A program made the position numbers and the translations under genes. 64,000 nt of DNA from Candidatus Bathyarchaeia archaeon. Lineage in GTDB: Archaea; Thermoproteota; Bathyarchaeia; Bathyarchaeales; Bathycorpusculaceae. This document shows positions 29,920 through 40,292 of this stretch, piece after piece. Numbering within the stretch: the first letter of the stretch is position 1; every line of letters begins with the position of its first letter. Below the pieces are notes generated by a model, which was given only the letters and a program-made list of their open reading frames with translations, was not told the origin of the DNA and searched no databases. Location of the stretch: assembly GCA_049516875.1 (NCBI GenBank), contig JBEKSS010000001.1, forward strand, positions 32,001 through 96,000. Direction: 5' to 3'.

Positions 29920-30678
29920 CTAGGTGTGAATGCTCGGTTCGTAGGGTGCTTTGACGTATGTTATGACTTCTACTGGGCATTCGCCTGAGAGTTTGAGGGT
30001 TTTTTTCCATTCTTCTCCTACGGCTATGAGGAGGAAGACTCCTGACATTTCGGCTTTGGCTTTTTTGACGAGGCTGACGAGTGCGGCTTGGGTTTCTCCG
30101 GTTTTGATCATGTCGTCGACGACGAGTACGCTGTCGCGTTTTTTGATGGCTTCTTTTGGGATGTAGAGAGTTGAGGTGACGCCTGAGCCTTTGAGGAGGA
30201 CGTAGGTTTCTTCGAGGAAGGCTTTGACGCCGATTTCTTTGGTTTTTTTTGCGACTACGAGGTTGACTCCGAGGGTGTTTGCGACCATGGTTGCGAGGGG
30301 TACGCCGTCGACGGCGACTGAGAGGACTTTTGTGACGCGTTTTCCAGCGAAATTCGCGAGGGCGTGGTTGGCGGCTTGTTGGAGGATGTTGTAGTCGCCT
30401 ATGATTTCGGTGTTGTCGAAGTAGCCGTCTTCGTCGAATTTTATTCTGCTGCGCAGTTCGGGTTCGAGGCCGACGAGTCTTGTGAGAACTTTCCAGAGCT
30501 GTTTTGCTCTGGCGGTGTTGGGCAGGACGTGGCCTTTCGCGTATCGGCTGAGGACGGTTACGGGCAGGCCGGTTTTCGAAGCGAGTTCGCGGTAGGTTAT
30601 GTTTCGTTTGTACTTTGCGGTTCTGAGAAGTTCTATGGTCATCAACCTGAGTTTCAAATCTTCCGCATGCGTGCTCAT
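29920..30678 (-). CDS. HTH + phosphoribosyltransferase domain protein (PurR-like regulator)
   Basis: TYRELASKTGLPVTVLSRY; VLVVDDMIKTGET. Confidence 0.88.
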   Translation of the reverse strand: MSTHAEDLKLRLMTIELLRTAKYKRNITYRELASKTGLPVTVLSRYAKGHVLPNTARAKQLWKVLTRLVGLEPELRSRIKFDEDGYFDNTEIIGDYNILQQAANHALANFAGKRVTKVLSVAVDGVPLATMVANTLGVNLVVAKKTKEIGVKAFLEETYVLLKGSGVTSTLYIPKEAIKKRDSVLVVDDMIKTGETQAALVSLVKKAKAEMSGVFLLIAVGEEWKKTLKLSGECPVEVITYVKAPYEPSIHT

Positions 30679-30827
30679 AACAACAGCCTCTTATACACTG
30701 ATAAGTCAAACCTTAACGTGTTCCCCTTCTATTATTGCACTAGCGATATATACTTTGCTGGGTGTGAGAAAACGCCATGTCTGCGGGCTGCTAGGGTCTT
30801 CTGCGAACCTTTCGTTTGAGGCTGCGC

Positions 30828-30898
30828 ATGTTGAGGTTCGAGCTCTTGCTTTTGAGTACTCAATCCGTGGTTTTTTTGAGGCTCAAACGGTTGATGGC
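30828..30898 (+). repeat. Double-palindrome intergenic repeat, copy 4
   Basis: TTGCTTTTGAGTACTCAATCCGTGGTTTTTTTGAGGCTCAAACGGTTG. Confidence 0.85.
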
Positions 30899-30952
30899 CT
30901 GCGAGTCTTGTTGGTTTTCCTTTGGTTTATAGTGTGTGCTGAAATGGGGTGT

Positions 30953-33394
30953 TTATGCTTCTTGTTTTGTCTCTGGTCCCGTCTTTGATTTTGTTTCAGG
31001 TTTCGTTTCTGGTGCTGTCTTTGTTTCCGCTTTTGGTGGGGTTTCTGCCTCTTTTTCTGTTTCGGGTTTTGTCTTTGGTTTTCTTATTGCGAGGTAAGCT
31101 GTTGTTGCCACGAGGATGGCGGTAACGGCTATGAAGGTGTACACTAGGTCTGTGTAGAATGTTAGGTCGTTCTGTGTTGACGTTTTGTAATCGTTGAGGG
31201 TTGTGTTTAGGCTGTTGATGGAGGAGTTTAGAGAGTTTAGGGTTGCTTGCAGCTGGTTGTAGCTGGTTTGGAGGCTGGAATAGTCTTGTAGATGTTGTTG
31301 GTAGGACGCGTTCAGACTGTTGAAACTTTTTTGGAGTTGGCCGTAGTTTTGTAGCAGCTGGTTGTAGGTGGTGTTTAGGTCTGCGATTTGGGAGAGGAGT
31401 TGGCCGTTAGTGTCTGCGAGTTGATTGTAGCTCGAGTTTAACGCTTTGAGGTCTGTTGTGAGTTCGGACAGTTTGAGTATTAAGTTTCGATAGGCTGTTC
31501 TTATTTCGTCAGTTTCAGGAGAGAAGGGACGCATCAGTGGATAGTTGTCATGGTTGCTGGAGTCAATGACGTAGGGAGTGTCTCCTATCCAGTCAAGACC
31601 CGTCATGTTCTGGTAGGGTCCGCTGTGCACGTCCTCTCCAGCATAGTCACTCCAGTAGTTTCCGGCGGAAGCGTAGCCGTTGTCCCAGGAACTGTTCTGT
31701 GAATTGTGAGTGTAGGCTTGGAGGCTGTTGTTTTCGAAGTTGTTGTGGAAGATTCTGGTGTTGGCGGAGTAGATGAGTTCGACGCCGTAGTCGGTGTTGT
31801 TTGTTATGTTGTTTTCAAGAATACTTGTGTCTGAACAGCCGCCTTGTTCGGGGTATCCGACCGTTATGCCTCTTAGATTTGAGGCTATGTTGTTTCCGAT
31901 TATGATGGTGTTGTTTGAAGAACCTAGTCTGATGCCGTCTTCGTTGTTTGTTATGTTATTTCTAGCCAGGACGTTGTCCGAGCCGCCGACGCCGAAATAT
32001 TGGGGATCGCCAATATCGATTCCGACTCCATTGTCGGCTATGTTGTTTTCAGAAATGTTGTTGTTTGAAGAGTAGGAGGCGATGATGCCGCTGTTTGTTA
32101 TGTTGTTTCCAATGATGTTGTTGTGTGAAGAGTTTAACAGTTGAATGCCGAGCGGCGTTATGTTGTTTCCAACGATGTTGTTGTGTGAAGAGGAGTTCAC
32201 GTAAAGGAAGCGAATGTCGTTTCGCGTGACGTTGTTGTTGCTCGACAGCGTCACGAGTTCTATCTTAGCGTTGCGGTTTCCAGTTACTTCGGTGTTGTTC
32301 GTAGCGAGGAGCTCCAGCGTTGTGATTGCGGTTGTGTTGGTGGAACCGAGGTTTTTCAGGTGCATTTCGCTGCAGCTGACCAAGACCACTTCTGCTACGT
32401 CGGCGTTTTGGACTGTTTGATCGGTAATCCCTTCCAAATAAACAACGGGTCTGCCATTCAAAGTGTTGTTGTTAACGATGTTTGCGTAAGAGTTATAGAC
32501 GAACAAACCGTGGGCGACAAAGGTGTTCGCTGTTATGTTGTTGCCTGAAGAAGAATCAAGTGTGAGGCCATCGCAGTCATTTCCTGTCAGAGTGTTGTTT
32601 GAAGAACCGTCGGATAGCTGGATCATATTTGTTAAATCGTTTCCTGTTATGGTGTTGTTCAGAGAATTCCGCAGCTGTACGCCATCTGTCATGTTGTTTC
32701 CAGATATTACATTGCCTGAAGAAGAGTCAAGCATGACGTCACTGCAATCATTTCCTGCGACAGTGTTGTTTGAAGAGCCACCAGATAGCGTGACCACATT
32801 TGTCAAAGTGTTTCCCGTTACTGCGTTGTTTAAGCAATTTTCTAGTTGTATGCCTTCCGTCATGTTGTTCCCAGAAATGATGTTGCCTGAGGACGAGCGG
32901 ACCATGATGCCAAGCTGAGTGTTTTGTGTGATGTTGTTCCCAGAAATGATGTTGTTTGAACTAAGAAGCATAACACCCCATTGGCAGTTGGTGATTGTGT
33001 TCCCAGAAACGTTGCAGTATCTGCCGACAATCCAAATCCCAATATTACGTATGCGAAGAGCGCCTTCCACAGTGAACCCAGTCATAGTGACGTTGTCACT
33101 GCTTATCTGCACTGTCCAAATTCCAGGCTGGTTGCCATCGATAATTGTTGTTTCAGGGTTTTCTCCTACAAGCGACAACTTCTTGTTGGCATCCAGGTTC
33201 TCCGCGTACGTTCCGTTTCTCACGAATATTGTATCTCCAGCGCTTGCATTGTTTATGGCTTCTTGTATTGTTGCATAGTCGTCTGGGACGATTATCGTGG
33301 CGGAAACTGCCTTACCATTGCCTCGGACTAGAGATGAAGAAGTGGACAAAAACAAAAGAGGCAAGAGCAAGAAAAGAACACATCTCTTAAACAT
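30953..33394 (-). CDS. NosD/CASH parallel beta-helix cell-surface protein with coiled-coil stalk and C-terminal TM
   Basis: VPDDYATIQEAIN, repeated SSNNxIxGN, GNYWSDY, DNYPLM. Confidence 0.88.
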   Translation of the reverse strand: MFKRCVLFLLLPLLFLSTSSSLVRGNGKAVSATIIVPDDYATIQEAINNASAGDTIFVRNGTYAENLDANKKLSLVGENPETTIIDGNQPGIWTVQISSDNVTMTGFTVEGALRIRNIGIWIVGRYCNVSGNTITNCQWGVMLLSSNNIISGNNITQNTQLGIMVRSSSGNIISGNNMTEGIQLENCLNNAVTGNTLTNVVTLSGGSSNNTVAGNDCSDVMLDSSSGNVISGNNMTDGVQLRNSLNNTITGNDLTNMIQLSDGSSNNTLTGNDCDGLTLDSSSGNNITANTFVAHGLFVYNSYANIVNNNTLNGRPVVYLEGITDQTVQNADVAEVVLVSCSEMHLKNLGSTNTTAITTLELLATNNTEVTGNRNAKIELVTLSSNNNVTRNDIRFLYVNSSSHNNIVGNNITPLGIQLLNSSHNNIIGNNITNSGIIASYSSNNNISENNIADNGVGIDIGDPQYFGVGGSDNVLARNNITNNEDGIRLGSSNNTIIIGNNIASNLRGITVGYPEQGGCSDTSILENNITNNTDYGVELIYSANTRIFHNNFENNSLQAYTHNSQNSSWDNGYASAGNYWSDYAGEDVHSGPYQNMTGLDWIGDTPYVIDSSNHDNYPLMRPFSPETDEIRTAYRNLILKLSELTTDLKALNSSYNQLADTNGQLLSQIADLNTTYNQLLQNYGQLQKSFNSLNASYQQHLQDYSSLQTSYNQLQATLNSLNSSINSLNTTLNDYKTSTQNDLTFYTDLVYTFIAVTAILVATTAYLAIRKPKTKPETEKEAETPPKAETKTAPETKPETKSKTGPETKQEA

Positions 33395-33750
33395 GTTACT
33401 TCACCGTCCATTTTACTGTCCTGTTCACCCTATTTAACAATTTATGGACGAATAGGACGAATAAGGATTGAATCATAACATATCAAAACCAATGCAAGCG
33501 TGCGCGTAAAATCCTGGCATACAACTGCTGAATTTTGTTTCACGGCTTTGTCTTGAACTTTCCCTTGCCAGAAAAAACAGTGCGCGCACGTTCAAGTTGG
33601 TATTGAACAACGCTCGGTGTATGTCGAAAGACAGACTAAGACTTATCTTACAGGCAGAAGGAGTGGACAACAATACAGCGAAGAACATAACCCTTGAGGA
33701 CCAGGCCGTTCGAAAAAGGCATCTTGCAACCATATGGATGACAGAAAACC

Positions 33751-34998
33751 ATGAAGAAAACAGACTCAAACGAAAGCAACTCAAATTCGCGGCGAGCTAA
33801 GTTCTTTGGGAGTAACATCGCAGTAATCGCCAGCAGCAGTGCCGTCAATGGTTTTGGAACAGGAATGATCAGCTACTACGCTTCACTTTACTTCGTCAGC
33901 ATCGGCGGAGACCCTATCAGGTTAGGAATCTTGACATCAATATCAATCCTAATCCAATGTTTAGTACTGTTCTTAGGCGGCCGCATAGCAGACCACTATG
34001 GAAGAAGAAAAGTAATTGTGATAGCAGCATTCTACGCAATACTGTTCCCAACGCTATATGCATTGATTCCTGACTGGAGAATCTTCGTTGCAACAGCCGC
34101 AATAGGCGCGTTCGGAGCCGTATCAAGTCCAGCATCTCACGCGACAGTGGCTGACTCGATTCCTGCTGAGAAACGAACCACTGGAATCTCGACCCTTCAG
34201 GTTGTCTCCACCTTTCCTATGATATTTTCTCCTCTGATCGGAGGATTACTCATAGAAATCTACGGACTGCAAAGCGGTTTTAGATTGGCTTCCGCGTTTG
34301 TTGCAGGAACGACGTTAGTCTCGGCGGTAATCTTGCTGCTGTTCCTCAAAGAGACAATGCGACAAAGGCACGGACAAGAATCCCGAGTCTCTGCCAACTC
34401 GACTGTGAGTATCCGTGGTAGACTGTCAGCAAGGTCCCTGCACAGCCTAGTGGCACTGCTTTTTTCTTACGGACTCATCGCCTTTGCCAACGCACTGGTC
34501 AGTAGTTACTACATTCTGTACGCAACTCAAGTCATAGGTCTTGATGCACCACACTATGGAATCATCGTCAGCCTACAAATCCTTCTAACTATTCTCTTGA
34601 AGATTCCTGGAGGGTGGGCAAGTGACAGGTTTGGCAAGAAGAAGATGATGATAGTCTCAATATTGACGTGTACACCCTGCGTGGTAATGTTCACGTTTTC
34701 TCGATCATTCCTTCAAGCCGCGATCACCATAATCGTCTTGACAATCACGGGAATGTACTACGCACCGTCGTATGAAGCTCTTCAGGCTGACTTGACGCCT
34801 AGAGAAATCAGAGGACGAGTCACATCTTTTTGGGATATAAGTGGCGCCGTTGGAGGGGCTTTAGGCGCATCTTTGGGCGGCATCTTTTTCCAAACAATCA
34901 GTCCCGCAACCCCATTCTACGCTTTCGCCGTAGTTGAGGTGGTAGCCGCACTGTTGATACTTGTCGCTGTTAAAGAACCTCAACAAGCCGAAGATTAG
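33751..34998 (+). CDS. MFS transporter
   Basis: GGRIADHYGRR, GGWASDRFGKK; about 12 TM. Confidence 0.92.
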   Translation: MKKTDSNESNSNSRRAKFFGSNIAVIASSSAVNGFGTGMISYYASLYFVSIGGDPIRLGILTSISILIQCLVLFLGGRIADHYGRRKVIVIAAFYAILFPTLYALIPDWRIFVATAAIGAFGAVSSPASHATVADSIPAEKRTTGISTLQVVSTFPMIFSPLIGGLLIEIYGLQSGFRLASAFVAGTTLVSAVILLLFLKETMRQRHGQESRVSANSTVSIRGRLSARSLHSLVALLFSYGLIAFANALVSSYYILYATQVIGLDAPHYGIIVSLQILLTILLKIPGGWASDRFGKKKMMIVSILTCTPCVVMFTFSRSFLQAAITIIVLTITGMYYAPSYEALQADLTPREIRGRVTSFWDISGAVGGALGASLGGIFFQTISPATPFYAFAVVEVVAALLILVAVKEPQQAED

Positions 34999-35159
34999 AC
35001 AAGTCAGGTCATGCATTTCAAGCCCTGTTTACCTCACTGTGCGCTTTGACTGTTATGTTGACGGGTTCAGAGTTTGATGGACTTGGATTTCATGTTTTCA
35101 TCCAGATAGCTAATGGCAAATGCACTTTTTTTGTAGGATTCAAACCTTACAGTGGTTGC

Positions 35160-35624
35160 TTATTTCTCTCTCCGCAGGAAGTCGCCTATATCCAGAATAT
35201 TCTCCACCGCTGGGCCTCCTCTTTTTCCGTCCAAGTTGCACAGTATTCTGCCAAAGCCTAGGCACTCACCATAGGAGTTTAGGACCAACGTGTATTCGTC
35301 TTTTTTCCTTGAGCCGATCACGTTCGCTATTCCTTGTTTGAATATGTCTCTGCCGCAGATGAACAGCCATTCGGTTTTCTTGTGGATGATTACTTTGTTT
35401 GATTTTTCCCTCGCGACAAAATTCAGCAAGTTGAAGCTTGGAAAGAATCTCCCATCCTTGACTTTTCCTATGTAGGCTCCTGCGTAGAAGAAGTCTTTTG
35501 ATGCTAACCGCTTCAGATTCTTGTTTAGTAGGAAGTATCGACCTTGCCTTTTCACGATGAGACTTTCGTCCAGCATGATCTTTGTTCCAAAGCGGCCTAC
35601 AAAATCGACTATGGGCTTGATCAT
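35160..35624 (-). CDS. NIP7-like PUA-domain ribosome biogenesis protein
   Basis: EWLFICGRDIF...LDIGDFLRRE; coupled to Nop2 gene. Confidence 0.75.
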   Translation of the reverse strand: MIKPIVDFVGRFGTKIMLDESLIVKRQGRYFLLNKNLKRLASKDFFYAGAYIGKVKDGRFFPSFNLLNFVAREKSNKVIIHKKTEWLFICGRDIFKQGIANVIGSRKKDEYTLVLNSYGECLGFGRILCNLDGKRGGPAVENILDIGDFLRREK

Positions 35625-36511
35625 GCAGCGTTCCGCCGTTTCAGTTTGCACACGAAGAAACCTTGGGTTTGTCCAGGCCAGATTCGTCTGCATTTTTCTA
35701 TTGAACTATCTAGGTATTTGCCGAAAACGTTTGTCAGTGCCTCTTGTCCGTGACAGCTGATTTCTTCCACTTGAAGGCTAAGGTTTCTGACGGCCCAGTC
35801 AATGTTTAACTCGTTTTCTTCAGGTTCCAAGGAACAGGTTGAATAAACTATTTCGCCGTTGTCGTTCAGAACTTTGACTGTTTCGGTCATTATCTCTCTT
35901 TGAAGCGCCGCGTTTCTTTTTACGTCATTGATTGTTCTTCTTTTGAACCAGTTTTCGTCTGCCGCGAAGTTGCCGGAGCAGGGCATGTCCAGAAGTATGC
36001 GGTCGAAACTTGCTTTCAGTTCAGAGACTTGTCTTGCATCTAGAAAGTAGACGACTGTATTTTTGACGCGGCACCGTTCCAGTTGGTTTGCCAACGCTGT
36101 CAGCCTTTGTTTTCTGATGTCTAAGGCGATTATCGCGCCTGTGTTGTGCATTGAGTCGGCCAGTTGAACGGTTTTTCCTCCTGGAGCTGCGCAGGCATCT
36201 AGCACAGTTTTGTCTTCTGATTCTGTGAATAGGGTGACGGGTATTTGAGCCGCTGCCTCTTGGATTGAGTACAGACCCAAGAGGTATTCCGATGTTGCCC
36301 CGACCGAGAATTTTGATTCACAAACCCAGTAGCCATGATCTAGGAAGGAGATCCTTTCAAGCGTTATTCCAATCGACTGTAGTCTTTGCAGGATGGTCGC
36401 TGTTTTCTCTACGTTTATGGTGTTTATTCTTATTGCCTGTCTGGGTGTTACATCTTCGTGTTTCCAGCCTAGTTCCTTATAGCGAGTTATGAAGAAGTCT
36501 TTACTTGACAT
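35621..36511 (-). CDS. NOL1/NOP2/Sun RNA m5C methyltransferase
   Basis: DACAAPGGKT, LLDMPCSG, YSTCSLEPEENE. Confidence 0.93.
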   Translation of the reverse strand: MSSKDFFITRYKELGWKHEDVTPRQAIRINTINVEKTATILQRLQSIGITLERISFLDHGYWVCESKFSVGATSEYLLGLYSIQEAAAQIPVTLFTESEDKTVLDACAAPGGKTVQLADSMHNTGAIIALDIRKQRLTALANQLERCRVKNTVVYFLDARQVSELKASFDRILLDMPCSGNFAADENWFKRRTINDVKRNAALQREIMTETVKVLNDNGEIVYSTCSLEPEENELNIDWAVRNLSLQVEEISCHGQEALTNVFGKYLDSSIEKCRRIWPGQTQGFFVCKLKRRNAA

Positions 36512-36570
36512 TGATGATAGTTTAGGGTGCTATTCATAAAAGCTTGGTGTTGACGCAGAGGTGTGAAGGT

Positions 36571-39324
36571 TCACTTCGTCAGTCTTCGGGTAAACCATTT
36601 CCTGATTTCTTCAACGAAAACTATAATGACTGCGAGGACCGCTAGGAACGCCCATTCAAACGGCCCTAAGGATGCCGTGCCGAAAAGCGCCTGCATCGGT
36701 GGAGCATATATCAGAAGAGATATTATCAATATTTGAGAGGCTATGCCGAGCCATATCCATTTGTTGCTTTTGAGACTTGTTTTGAAAATTGAGGCTTTGT
36801 TCGTCCTACTTGCTAAGACGTTGCCAACTTGGGCTATGACAATGCCGGCAAAGGTCATGGTTGTACCTTTGGCGTAGATAGTTGGGTCTTGAACCTTTGA
36901 CAACCCGAGATGCCAGCCGCCTGCTGACCACGCCATGAAGCAGCCTGCCATAGCGCCAACGGCGATGATTGTGCCCAGATATAGGGAGCGGAGAAAGACC
37001 TTAGCGTTGAACAATCGTTCCCTGATGCTCCGTGGATGTTCCTGCATGATGCCGACTTCTGGCGGTTCACGGCTCAGAGCCAAGGAGGGTATAACCTCGA
37101 TTCCCAAGTCTATGGCTAGAATCTGAGCGACAAGCAGGGGAAGAGGTAAGCCTAGTACTGCGTAAAGAACATAAGGAATTAGCTCGGCCCAGTTATGCGT
37201 GAAAACGTACACGATGAATTTTCTTAGGTTCTCGTAGATTGTACGCCCAGACTCAATTGCCTTGACTATTGAGGCGAAACTGTCGTCGAGGAGAACCATG
37301 TCTGCGGCTTCTCTCGCCACATCTGTCCCTGAAACGCCCATGGCTACTCCTATGTCTGCCTCTTTCAACGATGGAGCATCGTTAGCTCCGTCCCCGGTCA
37401 CGGCCACGATTTCACCATGCCGTTTGAGAGCTTTTACTATCCGAAGTTTTTGTTCGGGTGAGACCCTTGCAAAAATAACGTTTTCATTCTTGACTTCTTC
37501 TGAGATTTGTTCGTCCGTCATAGCTTCCATGTCGACGCCGCGGATTATACGACATTTCTCCGGGTTCACTATGCCGACTTCTTGGGCTATGGCCTGCGCA
37601 GTCGGACCGTAATCTCCGGTTATTATGACGATTTTTATGCCAGCTTTTTTTGCCACTGTTACCGCATTCTCTACTTCTGGACGGGGTGGATCTTTCATGG
37701 CCGCAAGCCCTACCAGAATCATGTCTTTTTCAACGTTTTTGGCCCTGAAAGCACCGTTCGCCGGTAGCTCCGAATAAGCCACGGCTATTACGCGGAGACC
37801 TTCATCTGCGAACTCACGGATTTTTGTCTCGGCGGCATCAAGATATTCTTTGGTCAGGTTTTCTACCCTGTCTTCAACCAGCACCCTGTTACATATGGAG
37901 AGGATGCTTCTCGGCGCACCCTTCGTGTAAGCGCAGATCTTGTGATCATACTTGTGAATTGTCGTCATCCTTTTTCTTCGGGAGTCAAAAGGTATGACGT
38001 TGTGGATAGGCTTCTGTGCCAGCATGCTTTGCGGGTTTAGCCCGTACTTTATAGCGGCTACAAGTAGTGCACCGTCTGTTGAGTCTCCTACGATGCTCCA
38101 TGATCTGTTCCTGTCTGAAGGCGGCTCAAGCTTGGCACTGTTGCAGAGGGCGGCGATTTCCAAGAGTTTTTCAATCGTGCCGGATTTTTCCTTTTCTAAA
38201 GCCTGGCCGCCGTTCGTAAAATCGCCGGCGGGATCGTAGCCGACCCCTGAAACTTCCACAACCCTGTCGGGAACCCACATTTTCGTGGCGGTCATTTCGC
38301 CCTTTGTAATCGTCCCTGTTTTGTCAGTGCATATGACGGTTACACTGCCGAGAGTCTGAACTGCAGACAAACGCTTCACTAGGACGTTTTCTCGCGCCAT
38401 CTTCAGAACGTTGATGGCTAGGGCGCTGGACACGGTGACCTGTAGTCCTTCTGGAACTAGTGCCACCATCACGCCTATCATGAACAGGATAGCTGTGACC
38501 AGCAGTACATGAAGTAATGTCAGGCTTACAAAGAAGAATGCGACACCCACTATTATGGCTAGAACGAAGTCGTATCTTGCTGTGTAGGCAATTTCTTTCT
38601 GTAGCGGACTTGCCTCTTCCTTTATTTCCTGTGTAAGACCGGCAATCTGTCCGAACTTTGTTTCCATACCTGTTTTGACTACTACAGCTTTGCCTTGACC
38701 TGTAGCAACACTTGTGCTCATGAAAACGAGATTTGGCATATCAAGGTAGGCTGAGTCTGCGATTTTGATAGCTTTGGTCGTTCGTGGCTGCGGTTCAGAT
38801 TCCCCAGTCAAAGGGACGTTGTTGGTCCATAAATCAAAAGCTTCTACTAGTCTTGCATCCGCAGGTACGCGGTCACCCTCTTCTAACTCTATTAGGTCGC
38901 CTAGAACCAGATCTTTTACCAATATCTTCTTCAGTTCCCCGTCTCGGATGACCTTGGCGTACTCGGGCATCCAGCTTTTCAGGGTTTCCATAGCTTTTTC
39001 TGCACGCCATTCCTGAAAAAGGCTGAACAAGGAGTTTACGAGGACTACTGCAAAGATTATTGCGCTTGTCTCCCACATGCTGAAGTTGTCTTCCCACACG
39101 GCATCTATCGCGGCAAGCAGACTTGCAAAAAGGAGCAGCACGCCGAACAGGTCTTTGAGTTGCCCTAGAAACTTGTAGGCTATTGAAACATGTTTCTTTT
39201 CGACTAGTATGTTGGGGCCGTGTTCGGCAAGTCGTCTGTTGGCTTCTTCACTGCTCAATCCTGCAGGTGAGGTTTTCAGAAGTTCGTAGACTTCTTTGAC
39301 ATGCAGAGTCGCAGCATCCTTCAA
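36571..39324 (-). CDS. Cation-transporting P-type ATPase (P2, P2C-like)
   Basis: TGES, VPEGL, DKTGT, GDGANDAP, ILAIDLG. Confidence 0.93.
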   Translation of the reverse strand: MKDAATLHVKEVYELLKTSPAGLSSEEANRRLAEHGPNILVEKKHVSIAYKFLGQLKDLFGVLLLFASLLAAIDAVWEDNFSMWETSAIIFAVVLVNSLFSLFQEWRAEKAMETLKSWMPEYAKVIRDGELKKILVKDLVLGDLIELEEGDRVPADARLVEAFDLWTNNVPLTGESEPQPRTTKAIKIADSAYLDMPNLVFMSTSVATGQGKAVVVKTGMETKFGQIAGLTQEIKEEASPLQKEIAYTARYDFVLAIIVGVAFFFVSLTLLHVLLVTAILFMIGVMVALVPEGLQVTVSSALAINVLKMARENVLVKRLSAVQTLGSVTVICTDKTGTITKGEMTATKMWVPDRVVEVSGVGYDPAGDFTNGGQALEKEKSGTIEKLLEIAALCNSAKLEPPSDRNRSWSIVGDSTDGALLVAAIKYGLNPQSMLAQKPIHNVIPFDSRRKRMTTIHKYDHKICAYTKGAPRSILSICNRVLVEDRVENLTKEYLDAAETKIREFADEGLRVIAVAYSELPANGAFRAKNVEKDMILVGLAAMKDPPRPEVENAVTVAKKAGIKIVIITGDYGPTAQAIAQEVGIVNPEKCRIIRGVDMEAMTDEQISEEVKNENVIFARVSPEQKLRIVKALKRHGEIVAVTGDGANDAPSLKEADIGVAMGVSGTDVAREAADMVLLDDSFASIVKAIESGRTIYENLRKFIVYVFTHNWAELIPYVLYAVLGLPLPLLVAQILAIDLGIEVIPSLALSREPPEVGIMQEHPRSIRERLFNAKVFLRSLYLGTIIAVGAMAGCFMAWSAGGWHLGLSKVQDPTIYAKGTTMTFAGIVIAQVGNVLASRTNKASIFKTSLKSNKWIWLGIASQILIISLLIYAPPMQALFGTASLGPFEWAFLAVLAVIIVFVEEIRKWFTRRLTK

Positions 39325-39652
39325 AAAGACACCCTCTCCTTAAAATCGTCGGCAATCAGGAGGCGTTACGGTCCCCTAGAACAATTGTCTCTGCTCAGAC
39401 AGTCAGCTAAGAAAACGTGCGGCAACGAAAGGTTGCTTGTCTGCGTCAAAATTATTAGAACATACATCTGGATCAGCCTGTTGAGCCTTTAGCTTCTCTG
39501 CAAATCTGCGCAATTTTGTGTTGATCACCAATATTTTGCTGTCTACAATGACAAGCCCTTACATTTAAACCAATCGGGCAATCGCAGCTGTTTTGTTTTG
39601 ACAAGTCTTAAATGTTGAAGTAGCTTATGTTGGCTGTTGCACGGGTGGTACG

Positions 39653-40111
39653 ATGAGTGAAAAACAGGCTTTTGTAATTATGATTCAAACCAGATGGTGG
39701 AATGAATTTTGCCGTCGCAATCATGAGGGAAAAAAGACTCATTCCTTTGTATTGAGAGGAATTGCGCCGCCCAAGGATGCTTCGAGGGTTCTGTTCTACG
39801 TGACTAAGCCAGTTGGTGAGATTGCTGGGTACGCCGACTTCATCGAGCGAAAAGTTGGTGATGCTGAAAGATTGTGGAGAGAGCATGGCGAGGAGTCCGT
39901 GTTGGGTTCGAAAGAGAAGTATGATGGTTTCGTAAAGGATTCGCTGAAAGTGTCTTTCGTCAGGTTCAAGGACTTGCACGAAGGAGCTGCGGCTGTACCG
40001 CTCAACTATGTTCTCATGTCCCTTGGAGTCAGAAGGTTAGGCAGAAAAGGTTTTTACATTGATAAGGAAATTGAAGACAAGTTTGTGGCGTTGATGAAGG
40101 AAAGAACCTAG
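39653..40111 (+). CDS. DUF365/PUA-like protein
   Basis: VLFYVTKPVGEIAG motif. Confidence 0.6.
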   Translation: MSEKQAFVIMIQTRWWNEFCRRNHEGKKTHSFVLRGIAPPKDASRVLFYVTKPVGEIAGYADFIERKVGDAERLWREHGEESVLGSKEKYDGFVKDSLKVSFVRFKDLHEGAAAVPLNYVLMSLGVRRLGRKGFYIDKEIEDKFVALMKERT

Positions 40112-40292
40112 AAGTATAATGAAAACAGTTTCCAACAGTATTGAGGAAGTGAATGGCAAAGTTAATAGGTCGCTTCTTTTACATCCATGTAGCCCATATT
40201 TAGGCAGTGGAAACCTAGAATGTTCGATATGTCAAAGGCAACTCCTTCACAGATATTCATGAGTTTTTCGCTACCGCAGGGAAGGTCTGATT

